Below the pieces are notes generated by a model. It did no database searches and was not told the origin of the DNA. It was given only the letters and a program-made list of their open reading frames with translations. The position numbers were made by a program, and so were the translations under genes. From the human T2T-CHM13v2.0 reference genome, Homo sapiens: 64,000 nt of DNA. The stretch lies in the NCBI RefSeq assembly GCF_009914755.1, contig NC_060926.1; one strand, given 5' to 3'. Below are positions 1 to 13,659 of the stretch, piece by piece (the stretch's first letter is position 1; every line of letters starts with the position of its first letter).

Positions 1-462
<462 letters not shown>

Positions 463-710
463 TGTTATAGTATCAATATGTGTCCCTCCAAATTCATATG
501 TTGAACTTAAACCTTGAGGTGATGGTGTTAAGAGGTGGGACCTTTGGGAAGTGATTAGGTCATGAGGCCTCTGCCCTGGTAAATGGGATTAGTTTCCCTT
601 ATTAAAGGGCTGGAGGGAGCTAGCTAGGTTTTTGAATTCTTCTACCCTTCCACCATGTAAAGATGCAGCAAGAAGATCCTTACCAGATGCCAAATCTGCT
701 GGCACCTCTC
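463..710 (+). mobile_element. MaLR LTR (MSTC/MSTD/MLT1A-like), 3'-truncated
   Basis: TGTTATAG..TGTGTCCCTCCAAATTCATATGTTGAA..GGAGGTGGGACCTTTGGGAAGTGATTAGGTCATGAG..ACCAGATGCCAAATCTGCTGGCACC follows the purine tract. Confidence 0.8.
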
Positions 711-1752
711 ATGTTTTTAAAATAACTTCAGGAATGGACTAAGGTATTGTGTGAACTTAAAAGAATCCAGTGACCTCTGTAGTTTTCTTTCTGGTAAAAT
801 AAAAAGATTGAAACGTGTCATTGTTTGGCTCTAAAATTCCAAATTCATTCTTTTAAAAAATTATCTGATTTATTTACAAATAGTTTTGTTGTAGATACTG
901 TTTACTATCCATTCCAGCAATATTCCTTTATGCCAGCCTCCATCATAGAGATTAGAGCCAAAGTGCCTCATTCTTCACTTCCGTCACAGCTGGGGTGGCC
1001 GTGGAACTCCGTCCTGGTCAATGTGTTCTAAGTAGGAATCTGCTTTTGCTCTTTTCCCCTTCCTCCTTCTCCCGGTCTGGATCACAAGGAATTCTGGCAG
1101 ATGCTGTATCACTAAGACACCGTTAAACCGTGGTACCAGTCCTGGATGATCTGTCACTGTACCTCTAGTTATATGAGACTAACGAATTCCCCTCTGTTTG
1201 GTTTACACACTGTAACTGAGTTTCTATGTAATCCAAATTGAGGCCAGAATTAGCTGTTTTTCAGGCATTATTCTAAGTTCTGGGACTTCTGCAGTTGTAT
1301 TTCAGTGTTGGCCAATCTGTTACCTAAATTTGCTTCAGTCTTCTCACCAGGAAATACTAGAAATAATGTCTTCTCAAAGCCCAATAAAGTAAAGGCTTCT
1401 ACCTAAACTAAGATTACCACAGTACTGAAAAATATCTGTGTTAATTTTTCCTTATGACAAAAGTAATATCAATCTCTGCCTGAACACATGTGTGGGTTGC
1501 AGTGTTTCATGTAACCCCTTAGACTACATGCTGTTGTCGTGGCGCAAAGGATGAAGAGAAAAATAGCCTCTACCCATGAATGCCCCAAAGAAGTAGTCTA
1601 CGTTGTGATTCTTAGATAGCTGAGAAAAATTTGGGGTCTGCAAAAAGTTTCAGTGGAGAAATACATGACAATAAAGGCAAATATTTTCTTAAGTTTTGTT
1701 GAAAAAATGAGATACGGTTCTGTGCAAATCTTTCAAAAAGGAATAGGAGCTT

Positions 1753-1870
1753 TGTGTGTGTGTGCGTGTGTCTCTGTGTGTCTGTGTGTGTGTCTCTGTG
1801 TATGTGTCTCTGTGTGTGTGTCTGTGTGTGTTTGTGTGTGTGTGTCTGTGTGTGTGTGTGTGGGTGTGTA
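1753..1870. repeat. Interrupted (TG)n/(TC) microsatellite
   Basis: About 118 bp of TG repeats with TC interruptions. Confidence 0.95.
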
Positions 1871-2129
1871 TGCTTTGAGAGGGCTACTGAAGCAAATGCA
1901 GAATGGGAGTCCTCAGGTTATCTCCACTCCTAATACGGAGGGACGGAATGGATGCAGGAAACGAAGAAAAGGATTGACAAAAAATAAGGAAGGAAGGAGA
2001 AAATGGAGGATGTGGGAGAAAGAAATTAGGAGGAGATAGAAGGAAGCTGGCAGCGCAAAAGGAGGGTGAGAAAATAATCTACATATGCTGGATACCTTGC
2101 TGTTGTAGACACATGCTCTTGTGAGCTCC

Positions 2130-2260
2130 TCTCAAGCTATTCCCATCACCACTCTAAAGAGATCAATGCTATTATCTCTCTTCTGAAGTTAAGGAAACAA
2201 GCTTAGGGAGGAGAAACTTGGTCATGGTCAATGACGGGATCCAAACCTAGGACTATGGGA
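2130..2260 (-). mobile_element. MIR relic
   Basis: CTATTATCTCTCTTCTGAAGTTAAGGAAACAAGCTTAGGGAG resembles the MIR core in reverse orientation. Confidence 0.45.
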
Positions 2261-2339
2261 CTATAGGACTCCAGATCCCAGAAATTCTACAGATTTATGA
2301 AATCACAATAAGGCCCCTAGCCAAGAATCTCTGAAAATG

Positions 2340-2640
2340 AGTTAGTTTATTAAATATATATTTATTGAAATACCTATAAAATGGCCTGAGATACACCCAT
2401 GTGTAGGGGTGGGGAGAAATAAATCCTCTGCTTTAATGAGCTTACCTATGGGGAACAGTTAAACAGGGTATGTTTGAAGTGAAGATTGCTCTTTATATAT
2501 GGAGGTTAAGAAGAGTTCAATGATAGAGCAGAATTTGAGCAGAGACATAAAATAAATAAGAAAAATTGAGCTATGAGGAGATCCTGGGAAGAATATTTCA
2601 AGGAGGCACAAAAACAAGAGCAAAAGGCCTTTAATAACTT
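2340..2640 (-). mobile_element. L2 3' relic
   Basis: TTTATTAAATATATATTTATTGAAATACCTA tail followed by CCTCTGCTTTAATGAGCTTAC and purine-rich L2-like sequence. Confidence 0.45.
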
Positions 2641-3730
2641 AGGATAACAGGGTAGCAGAAAAATATGAACCTATCCGTAATAGTAATTGTTATGCACAAG
2701 GAGTGATCAGTTTAGTTACATGGCTACTCAGTGGTGGAAGCATTTTCCGGGAAACACTACAAAATGTATAAAGTATATAAAATGCTCTAAGAATAACTGA
2801 GTTGGAGAGGGAAAGACTGGGTCAGAGAAGTTGTTACAAACAGTATTTGCTTAAGTCCTAAAAAATATCTGCTAGTGAACCAGGCTTCCATTGTCTCCAG
2901 AGAACTACAGAGAAAAAATACCAAGTAGAGTTATCCACTAGAATTTGAGGCTAGTATTGGGTCAGGTCATATTTTGTGTTTTTGTTCCATTTCCTGCTTG
3001 AAGGGTTTCCATATTGTGGTGAATCTGTGTGTGGCTGTAATGGGGGCTTCCATCTGTGATCCTGGAAGAGACAGGTCCCCAAGCATAAGCCTGGTCACTC
3101 ACTGTCTTGGGAGGAAAACCAATTCAGACCCTGGGCAGAAGGACATCCATATAGCACAACAGATAATCTTCTCAAGACCAGCTGCTCCTTGCTTTTTGGA
3201 CATGGAATAGGACCCAAATTACTGAATCTGGGAGCAGATCTGTCCTGGGTGCCACATATTGTTTTCCCTCCTGGCAAGAGCAATTCAATGTAGCCTTTTC
3301 TGCAAGATGTGCACCAGTGTGACACATCAAAAGAACAGATCCATCAGTGTGAACCTGGGTTTTTGGTAACTATTGAAAAGCCCCTGTCAAAATTACTCTT
3401 AGTAATCTGAATCAAATTCCAAGAAGCTTACCTTCTGATTTTGATGTTTCCTGTATTTTCTTGCACCCCTTTCTCCTTGAAATGTGACTCCACCAGAGAC
3501 CATTTTCCAGAGGTAAGCTCCTTGAGACAAAGGACCATGGCTGATTCTTCTCAGCATTCCCAAGGCCTCACAGAAAGTCAGGCACATAATAGGTACTCAG
3601 TGTATTCACTGAAGAGAATTAAAACATGCTTTGAGGGTCAAATCAGCCCCGGTTTATTTGATTTTGTCAAAAGATGAATCATAAACATTTTGCAAGACCC
3701 TGAGTGCTAGTTAGATTTTTGAAATCTAGT

Positions 3731-3790
3731 AAAAAAAATAAAAAATAAAAATATATATATATATATGTACACACACACACATATATATAA
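3731..3790. repeat. Compound (A)n/(AT)n(AC)n microsatellite
   Basis: AAAAAAAATAAAAAATAAAAATATATATAT..ACACACACAC..ATATATA. Confidence 0.9.
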
Positions 3791-5176
3791 AATGATGGGC
3801 ATTTTGGGGGGAATTCAAAGAAGAATAAGACAGAATTTTAGGAAGAGAACATTGCAAGGAGAGAGTCAAAACAGAAGCATATGAGGATGCAAATGGAAAA
3901 GCTTAATTTGAATAATGGTTCCAGCACAACAGAAGAACGTCACCAGGCAGGTCACCTTCCATTGCCAAATGAATGGAAAAATAATAAGAGTTAGAGAATT
4001 TTGGAGGAGGAAGATTTTGGTCTTCCCGGATGGTCAGAAAAAGACACAGGGATGGGTGGTGGGGGAGAAATACTTGACCTAGCTCTTGGAGGAACTAGTA
4101 AGATTTCTATAGCTGGAAGGGAGAAGAGAGGGATAGAACTAGCTTAAGCAAAAGCACAGAGGGAGAGCATTTATCTGTAGAAACTGTGCATCAGAGAACA
4201 AAGCAGGGTGGTTAGAGCAGCGTGTCCACACAAGGGGGATTTGTGGGAGAGAATGGGAACACGAAGGTGAGAACCACATTGCCAAGGAACTCGAGGGGCA
4301 GTCTAAAACATTTTTCTTAAGCAAACTTTGAGAAGGCCATAGGTCTTTGTCTTGACACTGGAAGAAATTTAAAAAGAAACATATGCATGGCATGATTTCA
4401 CTTGCAGCCTGATTTAGAAACGTATTATCTAGTTTGCCTCCGCTGTTGCTTTTCCTAATTTCCTCACTGCACAAAGAAAATAAATAAATAAGTGTACTAT
4501 AGTCTTATTTATCCTTCTTTGGACATTTCTTTACCAGGCAGATGGTCAATTAAGAGCACTAAACAATGACACTGTTTTCTCTGTAAACATTTTTTTTTCT
4601 AATAGCCTAACAAATGTAAGTCTGTGCTGCCATACTGCTGAATACCATCTTGACTTTCTAATTACAAAGAACTGTGTCTTGATAGTTACAATTACAGCTG
4701 TAACAATGATGCTGGGCCCTGAACAATACCGTTAGAGGCAAAGTGCTTATCTGAATATTCACAAATAAAGTCTTAAATTTATGCCAGAGATGTAGACAGA
4801 GGTTAAACAATTGGAAAGGGGGAAAAAAGGTTGAAAACACTGGTTTAATGCTACAGATGTGAATTTGAATCCAATTACTCTGAAAGAAAAAAAAACTTGA
4901 AAAGGTGCTGTTTTTTTCTGTTTTATTAATCAATAGGTTAAGGAATAGTTCAACTTAGCACACTAATACCTCTAATTTTGATGTTTGGCTACACTCTAGT
5001 ATTCTCAAAGCATATTATCTTTTTAACAAAGCGGGTTTTTATAAAGTGCAAATGAGTTTCTCCATGTTAAAATAAAAGGTAACCATTTTTTCAATCAGTT
5101 AACCCATACATTAAATAATATATATAATTTTTGAGCAGTTAGTTGACGTGTCTAGTGCTACTTTAATGAAGACGAT

Positions 5177-5385
5177 ATAGCACAGTGATAAAGCTCTGTA
5201 GGGCTTTGAAGTCAGATGGCCAGGTGTCAGAAACTCTTTTCTCTCTCAATTTCCTCATCTGCAAAATGGTGATAATAATGGCACCTATTTATATAACCAT
5301 TACCACTGGATTGTAATGAAGTTCAAATGAGTAGATACAAAGCATGAAATAAGGTGTCTGCTTTAGTAAGCATTTAAAAGAGCAC
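5177..5385 (+). mobile_element. MIR
   Basis: ATAGCACAGTG..GGCTTTGAAGTCAGA..TTTCCTCATCTGCAAAATGGTGATAATAATGGCACCTA core. Confidence 0.75.
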
Positions 5386-5839
5386 AGCCACTGTTGTCAT
5401 CAAGGAAAGGCACACTTTAGAATGAGCTTTTCAAACTCCAGAATAGGAAGACAAATGCAAGATGTGTTGTAAGAGGTCACCTACATTGAAGAACACCAAG
5501 GGTCATTCAGTGTCTCTGTGTTTGGTCACATTCATAAAAAGAATGCTGTCCTATAACTTATGAATGAAGTTATATATAATTGGGCCAATTCAGAATTGTA
5601 CTTTTCCATTCACTGCATTTTAAAATTTCAGTAGGGAATTTTCTTTCCAGCTCAGGGATGAGAGTTAAGATTGGGATTTAACAGTGCTAATTATACTTTT
5701 TTTTTTCTTCAAAAATTATCTACAATCTACGATAATATGAAGACATCAAGTCGCCTGAAAAATGTAGGAACAGCCATGTTCTCAGCCCTGGGTGGAGTAA
5801 AAAATGTGATTGTTTATAAGCCTCACTGTTTAGTTAAAA

Positions 5840-6010
5840 TAATATTAACTTATGCTTAATTGTATATGATGTACATGCCATGGCTAAGCCCTTTACATGA
5901 TAAAACTTATTTAGGCCTCCCAAAAGCTTTGCAAGAGAGGTAATATTTTATTTTCTTCATTTTATAGAGGAGCAAACCAAAACAGACAAGGTAAGAAACT
6001 TGATAAAAGA
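5840..6010 (-). mobile_element. MIR
   Basis: GCTAAGCCCTTTACATG..TTTTATAGAGGAGCAAACC reverse MIR core. Confidence 0.6.
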
Positions 6011-6219
6011 CAAACCGTAAATAAAAGACCATAGATTTTTAAATCCCAAGAGCAAACTAATAATGTAAAACCATACAAAGGCCTCGAAGCAAATAGACAA
6101 AGATTAAGACCTATTATGTATGTTAAATACTAAATGTTTAGTTCCAGGCTTGGCTATGCTCAGTCACATTGTGAGGAAGACTGCCTCCCTACTAATCATG
6201 TCCAGTTCACCTGCACACA

Positions 6220-6735
6220 GCTGTCACAATGATTTGCATAAGTGCCAATCTAATTACATTATCTTTTCTATGAAAGGCTTCACCAGCTTTCTTATTTGTA
6301 CAGGATAAAGGCCAAGTTCTTTAGCTTGGCACACTCGAGCCCTGTGACCTAATCCTCATCTTACCTCTGAACATGCCTGCCTCACCGTCTCCTTTCAAGC
6401 TGAGAGAATCGCAGTTCCATGAATAGGCCCTGCTGCTTCACACCTTCTTGCCTTTGTCCCCGCTTTCCCTGCTGCCCAGAACAGAGGACAAACATCATTT
6501 TCTTTAGAGACCCGCCTTGAGCCCACCAGGTGGCACAGTCCACACTGTCAGCATGTGTTCCCCAACTTCACTCAATGCATCTGAGCCCTGCTATTGCACA
6601 ATTTATTTTCTCGGTTTTCGCCCTTGATTAGACTTTTAAACTCCTATAGAATAGAGTCTTCTTAACGGCTATTTTATTTCTAGCATCTAGGTCCATGCAA
6701 ATAAGTATGTACTCCTTGAATGTTGAGTGAATGTA
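6220..6735 (+). mobile_element. L2 3' end
   Basis: CAGGATAAAGGCCAAGTTCTTTAGCTTGGC..TCTAGCATCTAG..TTGAATGTTGAGTGAATG L2-type terminus. Confidence 0.65.
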
Positions 6736-7359
6736 GGAGATTGGAAAGAAATGTGTTTAAAAGGGTCCCAGAAGACTAGAGAAAACCCCACCCAACCTGA
6801 TTTCACAGTCAGTCTGAAAGAAATGTAAACCAGTGGAGCCACCACACTCTCCCTGCTTATCTAAAATAAGCATTTAGAATACTAACCTTCTGTCTGCCCC
6901 TCCTTTCCTCAGAGTGATTTCAAGACCCAAAGATGAATGCTCAGGGCATATGCTTTAGCATCTGATTGGATAAAAAACAGAGACCAATCATTATCTTTGA
7001 GATATTAATTTTGCATGGGGGAAGGGGATTTTATTGAGTTAGTTGGAGACCTCATGAGTTTTCTGGTTAGTCTTTGAAGTAGCAGTAGTAGTTATTTCCT
7101 TAGGTATGTCATTGTAAATTCCGCCAGACAAAGATGTGTGTCTTCTTCATCTGGGTCTGAATCCACCCATGTGTACCATGCCCAACAGCTATTTGTCAAA
7201 TGAATGGGTGGGTTAGGCCACTCATTATTGAGAGGAGGAAGAAAAATAACCTGTAGGGTAGGGGTGATAGTTCAGATTCTCTTTATGCAAAGGATAATCT
7301 TAGCTCTTCGCACTTTCCCAATTTAGAACAAAAATAGAACTCCATGGGGAGAAAAAGCA

Positions 7360-7720
7360 AATGCTGAGGTTTTTATTCTAGTAACTGAGGGTAGGTGGTG
7401 GTACCTACCAAGATGGAAAGGCTAGAGAAGAATGGTTTGGATTCAGTTAAATTTGGCCATGTTGATTTTGAGAACTCTATTAGACATTCAAGGGAGAGAC
7501 AGGGTAGGCAGCTGGAGACATAAATCCAGGGCTCAAAGGAGAGGTTACAGTTGAGGTTAGAGATGTGAACTGGGGAGTCAACAACAGCATGGCATTTGCA
7601 GAACGGGAATGGGTGTGATGGTATAGGGTATGCATGCAGACAGAGGACATGGGTAAGGCTGGGAGCTGGAGTGTTCTAAAATGTAGAGATTGAGAAAAAG
7701 AGTAAAAATCCAACAGAGTA
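7360..7720 (-). mobile_element. L2 fragment
   Basis: TTGGCCATGTTGATTTTGAG..GGCAGCTGGA..GCTCAAAGGAGAGG..GGGAGTCA, a reverse L2 ORF-end pattern. Confidence 0.6.
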
Positions 7721-7835
7721 ATCTTCTCCCATTTCCATATGAGATGGGTAAGACTGGGAGCTGCAGCGTTCTAAAATTTAGAGATTGAGAAGATGAGAAA
7801 ACATCCAGCAGAGGAATCTTCTCCCATTTCCATAT
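7646..7835. repeat. Two-copy 95-bp tandem duplication
   Basis: 7646-7740 vs 7741-7835 align without gaps, 11 mismatches in 95 bp. Confidence 0.95.
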
Positions 7836-9850
7836 TAGAAAAATCCTCCTGGCTTCCTGGAGTTTCAGTTAAGATTTCCAAATCTCTCAGCAATGATTTT
7901 TAAACATTCATTTTCCCTAGGACAATTCTCTTCAGCTTGGCTTGCCTTCAGAAAACAATCAGGGCGCTTAAATACCATAAAAGTCTCTTCTCTTTCTGAT
8001 TCCATTCCATCCTGTGCACCATCTCTAGATCAACCCTTCCAGAACAGCATATGTATAATGATAATAGCTACAATTAATACGCTGTGTCTTATTTACCTTA
8101 ATCTCATGCACATAGTAGGCACTTAGTAGTTTGTGATGTGGCTTGGAGTTTGATTACTTTCCTAAATGCATTCTTAAATCTCTTCCTCCCTATTGATTAG
8201 TAAGATTTATTTTATTTCTTTTCTCCTCTGCCTATTTTTAAATATAACGAGAGACCAGTATCTCCAGATAGTGTGTGAAAGCATTTTAATACTTTAATAA
8301 TTTCATATAATTCCAAATGATCATTTTCCTCCCATACTTTACAATAAATAATAAGCACATAGATGAAAAATATGTGTTTTGTATCCAAGGGAAGAGCTAT
8401 TAAGTATTACCAAAAGATGGAGAACAGTTTTATCTTAAGTCAGCCACATAAATACCCATTAATTTTTAAAATGATTTTATTTGGTTGATGGAGTATTACA
8501 TCTTCAAATTACATAGTTTAGATTTCCCATTACATGCTCCTTATAGATCATATGCATATTCACAAAGTTATACAGAAGATTCTGTGATGGGAAGGAGCCA
8601 ATTTTCATTTTCTCTGTTCTTGTTTGAAGAACCAAAACTGTTAAAGGGATAAAGCACTCAGAAGTGCCTGTTCCAGGTTAATTGTCTCAAATTGCTCATT
8701 TAAAGCACCATTATAGTACAGCAAAGCCAGTTAATCTACTCTGAAGCTTCCTTTTTTTTTTATGACCTTAGCTACATTTGGTGAAATGGCACCTTTGGCA
8801 AACACCCAAATTGGATAAAATTGCCATTTTTCTTGGAACCTGTAAAGAATAACACATGTTTTGAAATCACTTCATATCATGCAGCTCTAAATGGTAAGCT
8901 GCATGTTCGTCTTGCTCTGGAATTCACTGTCTTTGGCATTTTCTGATTTGACTCCAAATTTTCTTTACTAAATTTTCTTTTAATTTGCTTTGCTGATGTG
9001 AGTAAATCATGTGCTTTTGCATACAATACACAGGTAAGAGTTGGGAGGAAGGGCGCAGAGGAAACTGGCAAGGAGAATTTTACCAATATTTTTAAACATC
9101 ACAACTGTATAAAAAAATGATGTGTCCCTGCATTGAACACTTGTGCACAACTTTCAGCTGATGGTACCTTTATTATTGGAAACACTGTAGTTTGAGAGCC
9201 TCTTCAATGTCGACATAACTAGCAGGTGCCGTGATCATAATGGTAAAAACATTCACTTATTAATCAGCGCACATAATTCCTCTCTAATGCTGTCAATTTA
9301 AGATGGCAACCTGATTTTTTTTTTTTTTTTGGAGTGGGGAGGAGGGTCAACAATTTAATGAATCTCGTCTGCATTTTAATTCCAACCTAATAATCTGCCT
9401 CCGGCTCTTTTCCCTCCCTCACTCTGTGAACATTTCTCAGGATCCTGCTATTAAGCACAATGGGATATTTACCTCCTTACCTCAGTTACACATTAAGATA
9501 GGGGAAACAGTCAGATAACCAGACCCCCAATCCAAGTAGAACTAATGTTAACCTGTCACCCACCCTCACTGGCACTATCCTCAAATTCCTTTCTCTCCAT
9601 TAGTACGTATAGAATCTTCTCATTTCCAGATTCTGACACTGTAGTGCTTTTCGGGTTTCTTTTATTAAACACCACTGGGACCTAGAGTCAGAAATATGCA
9701 GTATGTTGACATAGTTAAAATAAATAAATACAGCCCATTGCCAGAAATATTAAAAAATTCACCTAAATGTGCTCCTGTCAGAGATGATTTGTTTGCATCC
9801 AAACAGGGAAGACTGATGGCTTCAGGATAGACTGCGTAGAGTCTTCATCG

Positions 9851-9890
9851 ATTCATTCATTCCTTCATTCATTCATGCCCTCATTCATTT
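9851..9890. repeat. (ATTC)n simple repeat, possibly an L2 tail
   Basis: ATTCATTCATTCCTTCATTCATTCATGCCCTCATTCATTT. Confidence 0.8.
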
Positions 9891-11456
9891 CCTTATAAAA
9901 AAGCAACCCACCACCCCTTGCTCACCATGTCAAATGTAAACAGAATAGACTTTGTTATTAGGAGAGATGTGACTCCAAGTGTCTGAGCCGCAGAGTGACA
10001 GCCGGCTCCTCTCTGAATTTCAGGCAGCCTCTGTCACTTGCCTTGACAATGAAGGAAGTTAATATATTCATGACATTACCACACATGCATTCGCAATGCA
10101 CAGCATATTGTATTGTTTACCCCTGTTCTTTTGTACTACTGCATGTAGTAATTTGCCTTCTAGCAACAGAAAAATTCCTCAACTTAAAATTTTACCCTCA
10201 TTTTATTTACCCTTAATAGAAAAACCACTGCTTCCTGGCCCATCCATGGTTGGCAACACCACCTTTCCGCAGCATTGCAAACAGATAAATGTCAGATTTT
10301 ACATTTTGATCAGATGTGTCTACAGTCATTTCCTATACATACTCCTCATCTTCTGCCTCCCACACCTTCCTTCAGCAGTCATTGCTGCCCTTCCTGTGTG
10401 CTCTTAGCTCTTTTGGCACTAGGTGGCCAGCTGTCATAGGAGAGAGAATGCAGTGAGAGAAGTGTGCCATAGACTAGCTATCATTCCCTAACAATAAGGT
10501 CAATGCTAGTGAAAGTGAAGGGTACCATGAAGGGCCACACTTTTACACAGTATGCCCAGGGTGCTTCTTGTTTTTATCCATTGTAACACATCCTTTGGTT
10601 TATCACTCCCAGTGAACTGGATGCATTCCCCAACATGCATAGATAATCACCATTCTTTTAAAACCATTTTTTAAAATCAATTTGTTAATAGGGCATTGAT
10701 TACTCAGCCTCTTAGGCCTAACTTATTTATTCTGATGGGGTGCAAACTTGTAATAATGTCGAATGTTTAAACAGATTTTTTTTTTAGGATGAGTACTGCA
10801 TAGAGTGAGTTGTTATTCTCAGATATTGCACTATTGTTTTTCAGAATTTTTCTGTTGGGGGACCAGAACTGAAACATGCTTTGATGGCATAGGGCAACTT
10901 TATGGAGATGGCTGGAGGAGGCGAGCAGTCTGGTTAACAAGACACAATGGCTGTTTCATTTTCCTCGCAGTGATGAGCTGTCTGCATTCCAATGCATGTC
11001 ACAAAATTCCTGGGCTGAGAGAGGCTGTGAGGGGTCACTCAGCCCAACGCCCTGCCTTTCACTAGAATCATTTCTAAAATACCCTATGTTAAGAGTCTTC
11101 AAGACAACCTATGCCCCTCAGTCCAACTGAATGTTGAAACCCTTTCTTACAGTAGGCATGATCTCGTCTGCAATTTAAAAGCATCTCCTGTTCTGTTAGG
11201 GAAAAAGCATTTGGTGGCTGGCTCTTTATATTCAAACCCTTTCACACTTAAGAATTATAATTGAGTTACATTCTCTGAGATTCTGCTGCTCTTACAGTAG
11301 GCTATATAATTCAATGTTTACTTTTGAAACCTCCTGGTTTCTTTGTACTAGTTCTTTATTGTTTTATCTGTGTATGTCTACCCAATTAACTTATAAGCTC
11401 ATATTGAGCAATAACTTTTATAAACTCTTATTAAGAATAAAATAGAGGCTCTAGAG

Positions 11457-11628
11457 CAGTGGTTCTCAATTTTGGTTGCATATTACTATGACTTGGAAAG
11501 ATATTTTAAAATATTGATGCCTGGGCTGCAACCCCAGAGATTCTGATTTCAATGGCCTAGGGTACAATGGGTTATGGTAATTTATTAAAAGCTCCCCCAG
11601 GTGATTCTGCTGTACAGCCAGGATCGAG
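11457..11628. mobile_element. MER5-type hAT-Charlie MITE
   Basis: CAGTGGTTCTCAA terminus; CCCCAGAGATTCTGATT; AAGCTCCCCCAGGTGATTCTG..CAGCCAGG. Confidence 0.85.
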
Positions 11629-11629
11629 T

Positions 11630-11815
11630 CTGATCTTGGGAAGATTGCTTAACATCTCTAAACCTTGATTTCATTTTGCAAGAAATGGAGACAATACAGC
11701 AACAGCCTATTTCCTGGAGGATGAAAAGAGTTCATGCATGTAAAAGCCTTATGCATAATACCTGGACCAGAGTATATGCTCAAAATACTAATGTTAGTTA
11801 GTATCATTATGGTTC
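11630..11815 (+). mobile_element. MIR
   Basis: TGATCTTGGGAAGATTGCTTAACATCTCTAAACCTTGATTTC..AAATGGAGACAATA..CATGTAAAAGCCTTA. Confidence 0.7.
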
Positions 11816-13007
11816 AGGTCATTATTGTTATTTGACCTAACATACTTAGCATGTTATTGGAAAACTGAAAGGCACTTAGTAAATGCATATTGACTAATAG
11901 CTTCAGGTCATTCTGCCAATTAATTCACATGTACAAGGGAAAAAATTAAGCATATTAAGTAAGTATCCAAATAATTCAAGTCAAAATATAATTTACCTTA
12001 CATATAAAAATTCTTGAGAAATATGTGTTTTGGGAATTTATGTAGGTAATTTTATCTGTTCACAATTTCTTCATGCATACAAAATAAATGAGTTGACTGT
12101 GGCTTGGAAGATTTAAAGTGGACAAATAAAAGGGTAATAATATCCGAAAAGTAAGGTCTAAATACAAAGAATTACAAAGTGCTCAGGACAATCAGATGTT
12201 GCTCTCGAGAAGATTTCAGCATTATAAGGGTGACAAGATCATCATTAGAATAACAACAACAACAACTTCCCATATAAAATATCTTATTTCATTGTAGTAG
12301 ACAAAGCTTACCAGTTATCTGAGAAATCTAGCCACCACCATCTTCCTGTTTTACTGATGAGCAAGCTAAGGCCAAAAAACGTAAAATGATTTGGCTACGA
12401 ATAGCTATAATGCAAGGTATAATAAATAAGAACCAAACCAAAAAGCTTGTAAGACAAAAAGAACCAATAGAATAAGCAAAACAAGGGACCTGGTTGATGC
12501 AAGCATAATGTGCATTAGAAGGGCAATGGATGATAAGATTGGAATAGAAGTTTGGGATCAAATGTTAAAAGACCTTGAATGATAAGCATGGCAGAGATCT
12601 TGGAAAAGCCATAGTACAGGCTAATTCTAAAGTACAAGTTTCTTTAAATTGGCCATAAAACAGCTTCAAAACCAATGTTGAGTGGATTGAACTGATACAA
12701 AAGTAACTTAAATTACCACCATAAAAAGAAAAAGAAAATAATTCAACACTCTTTAAAAGAAGACAAGAAAATTCATTCACTAAAAAAAATTAATGATAAT
12801 TTCCAGTATTCAATTCAAAAAAATCACTACACATGTAAATAAGTAGGAAAATGTGACCAATAATCAGATAGAAAATAATTCAATAGAAACAAGACCCAGT
12901 AATTACAGAAATGATGAAAACATCAGATAAATATTTTTAAAGAGATTTCTAAATATACCTTAGTCTTTAAAGGAAGCTATGATCATAATGAAACAAAGTA
13001 GAAGATA

Positions 13008-13659
13008 CATTACTCCCTCCTTATCTATGGGGGATACATTCCAAGACCCTCAGTGGATGCCTGAAACTATGGATAGTACTGAAAATTATATACACTATGT
13101 TTTTTCCTATACATGCATATTCATGACAAAGTTTAATTTATAAATTGGGCACAGTAAGAGATTAATAATAAAAATACAATAATTTTAATAACGTACTGTA
13201 ATAAAAGCTATGTGAATGTAATCTTTCTCTCTCTCAAAATATCTGATTTTACTGTACTTGCCCATCTTCTTGGGGTGATTTGAGATGACAAGAAGGTCTA
13301 CACGATGAGAGGAAATGAGGTGAATAACCTAGGCCTTCTGACTTAGTGTTAAGCTACTACTGACCATGAACATGAGCACCGCAATACTACAAAAGTCAAT
13401 CCAACTAAACCAAGATAGCTACTAAGTGACCAACATGTGGGTAGCATATATATGATAGAGACACTGGACAGAGGGATGATTCATACTCTAGGCTGGACAA
13501 AGCAAGAAAGCTCAAGATTTCATCAAGCTATTCAGAACTGTGCACAATTGAAAACTTACAAATTGTTTATTTCTAAGTTCCATGTAATATTTCAGATCAC
13601 AATTGACTGAAGGTAACTAAAACCAGGGAAAGTGAAACTGCTGATAAGGGGGGCTAGTG
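13008..13659 (-). mobile_element. MER44 (long variant, Tigger7 family) with TA TSD
   Basis: Terminal inverted repeats CATTACTCCCTCCTTATC / GATAAGGGGGGCTAGTG flanked by TA. Internal GGGGGATACATTCCAAGACCCTCAGTGGATGCCTGAAAC. Confidence 0.85.

Noticed and set aside
1653-2039. 128-aa ORF with a CVCV run
   Set aside because: Kept open by the TG microsatellite and a purine tract.
2745-2753. Perfect STAT/GAS site TTCCGGGAA
   Set aside because: Single 9-mer without supporting context.
7646-7835. CRISPR-like repeat interpretation
   Set aside because: Contiguous two-copy duplication without spacers in eukaryotic DNA; no cas genes.
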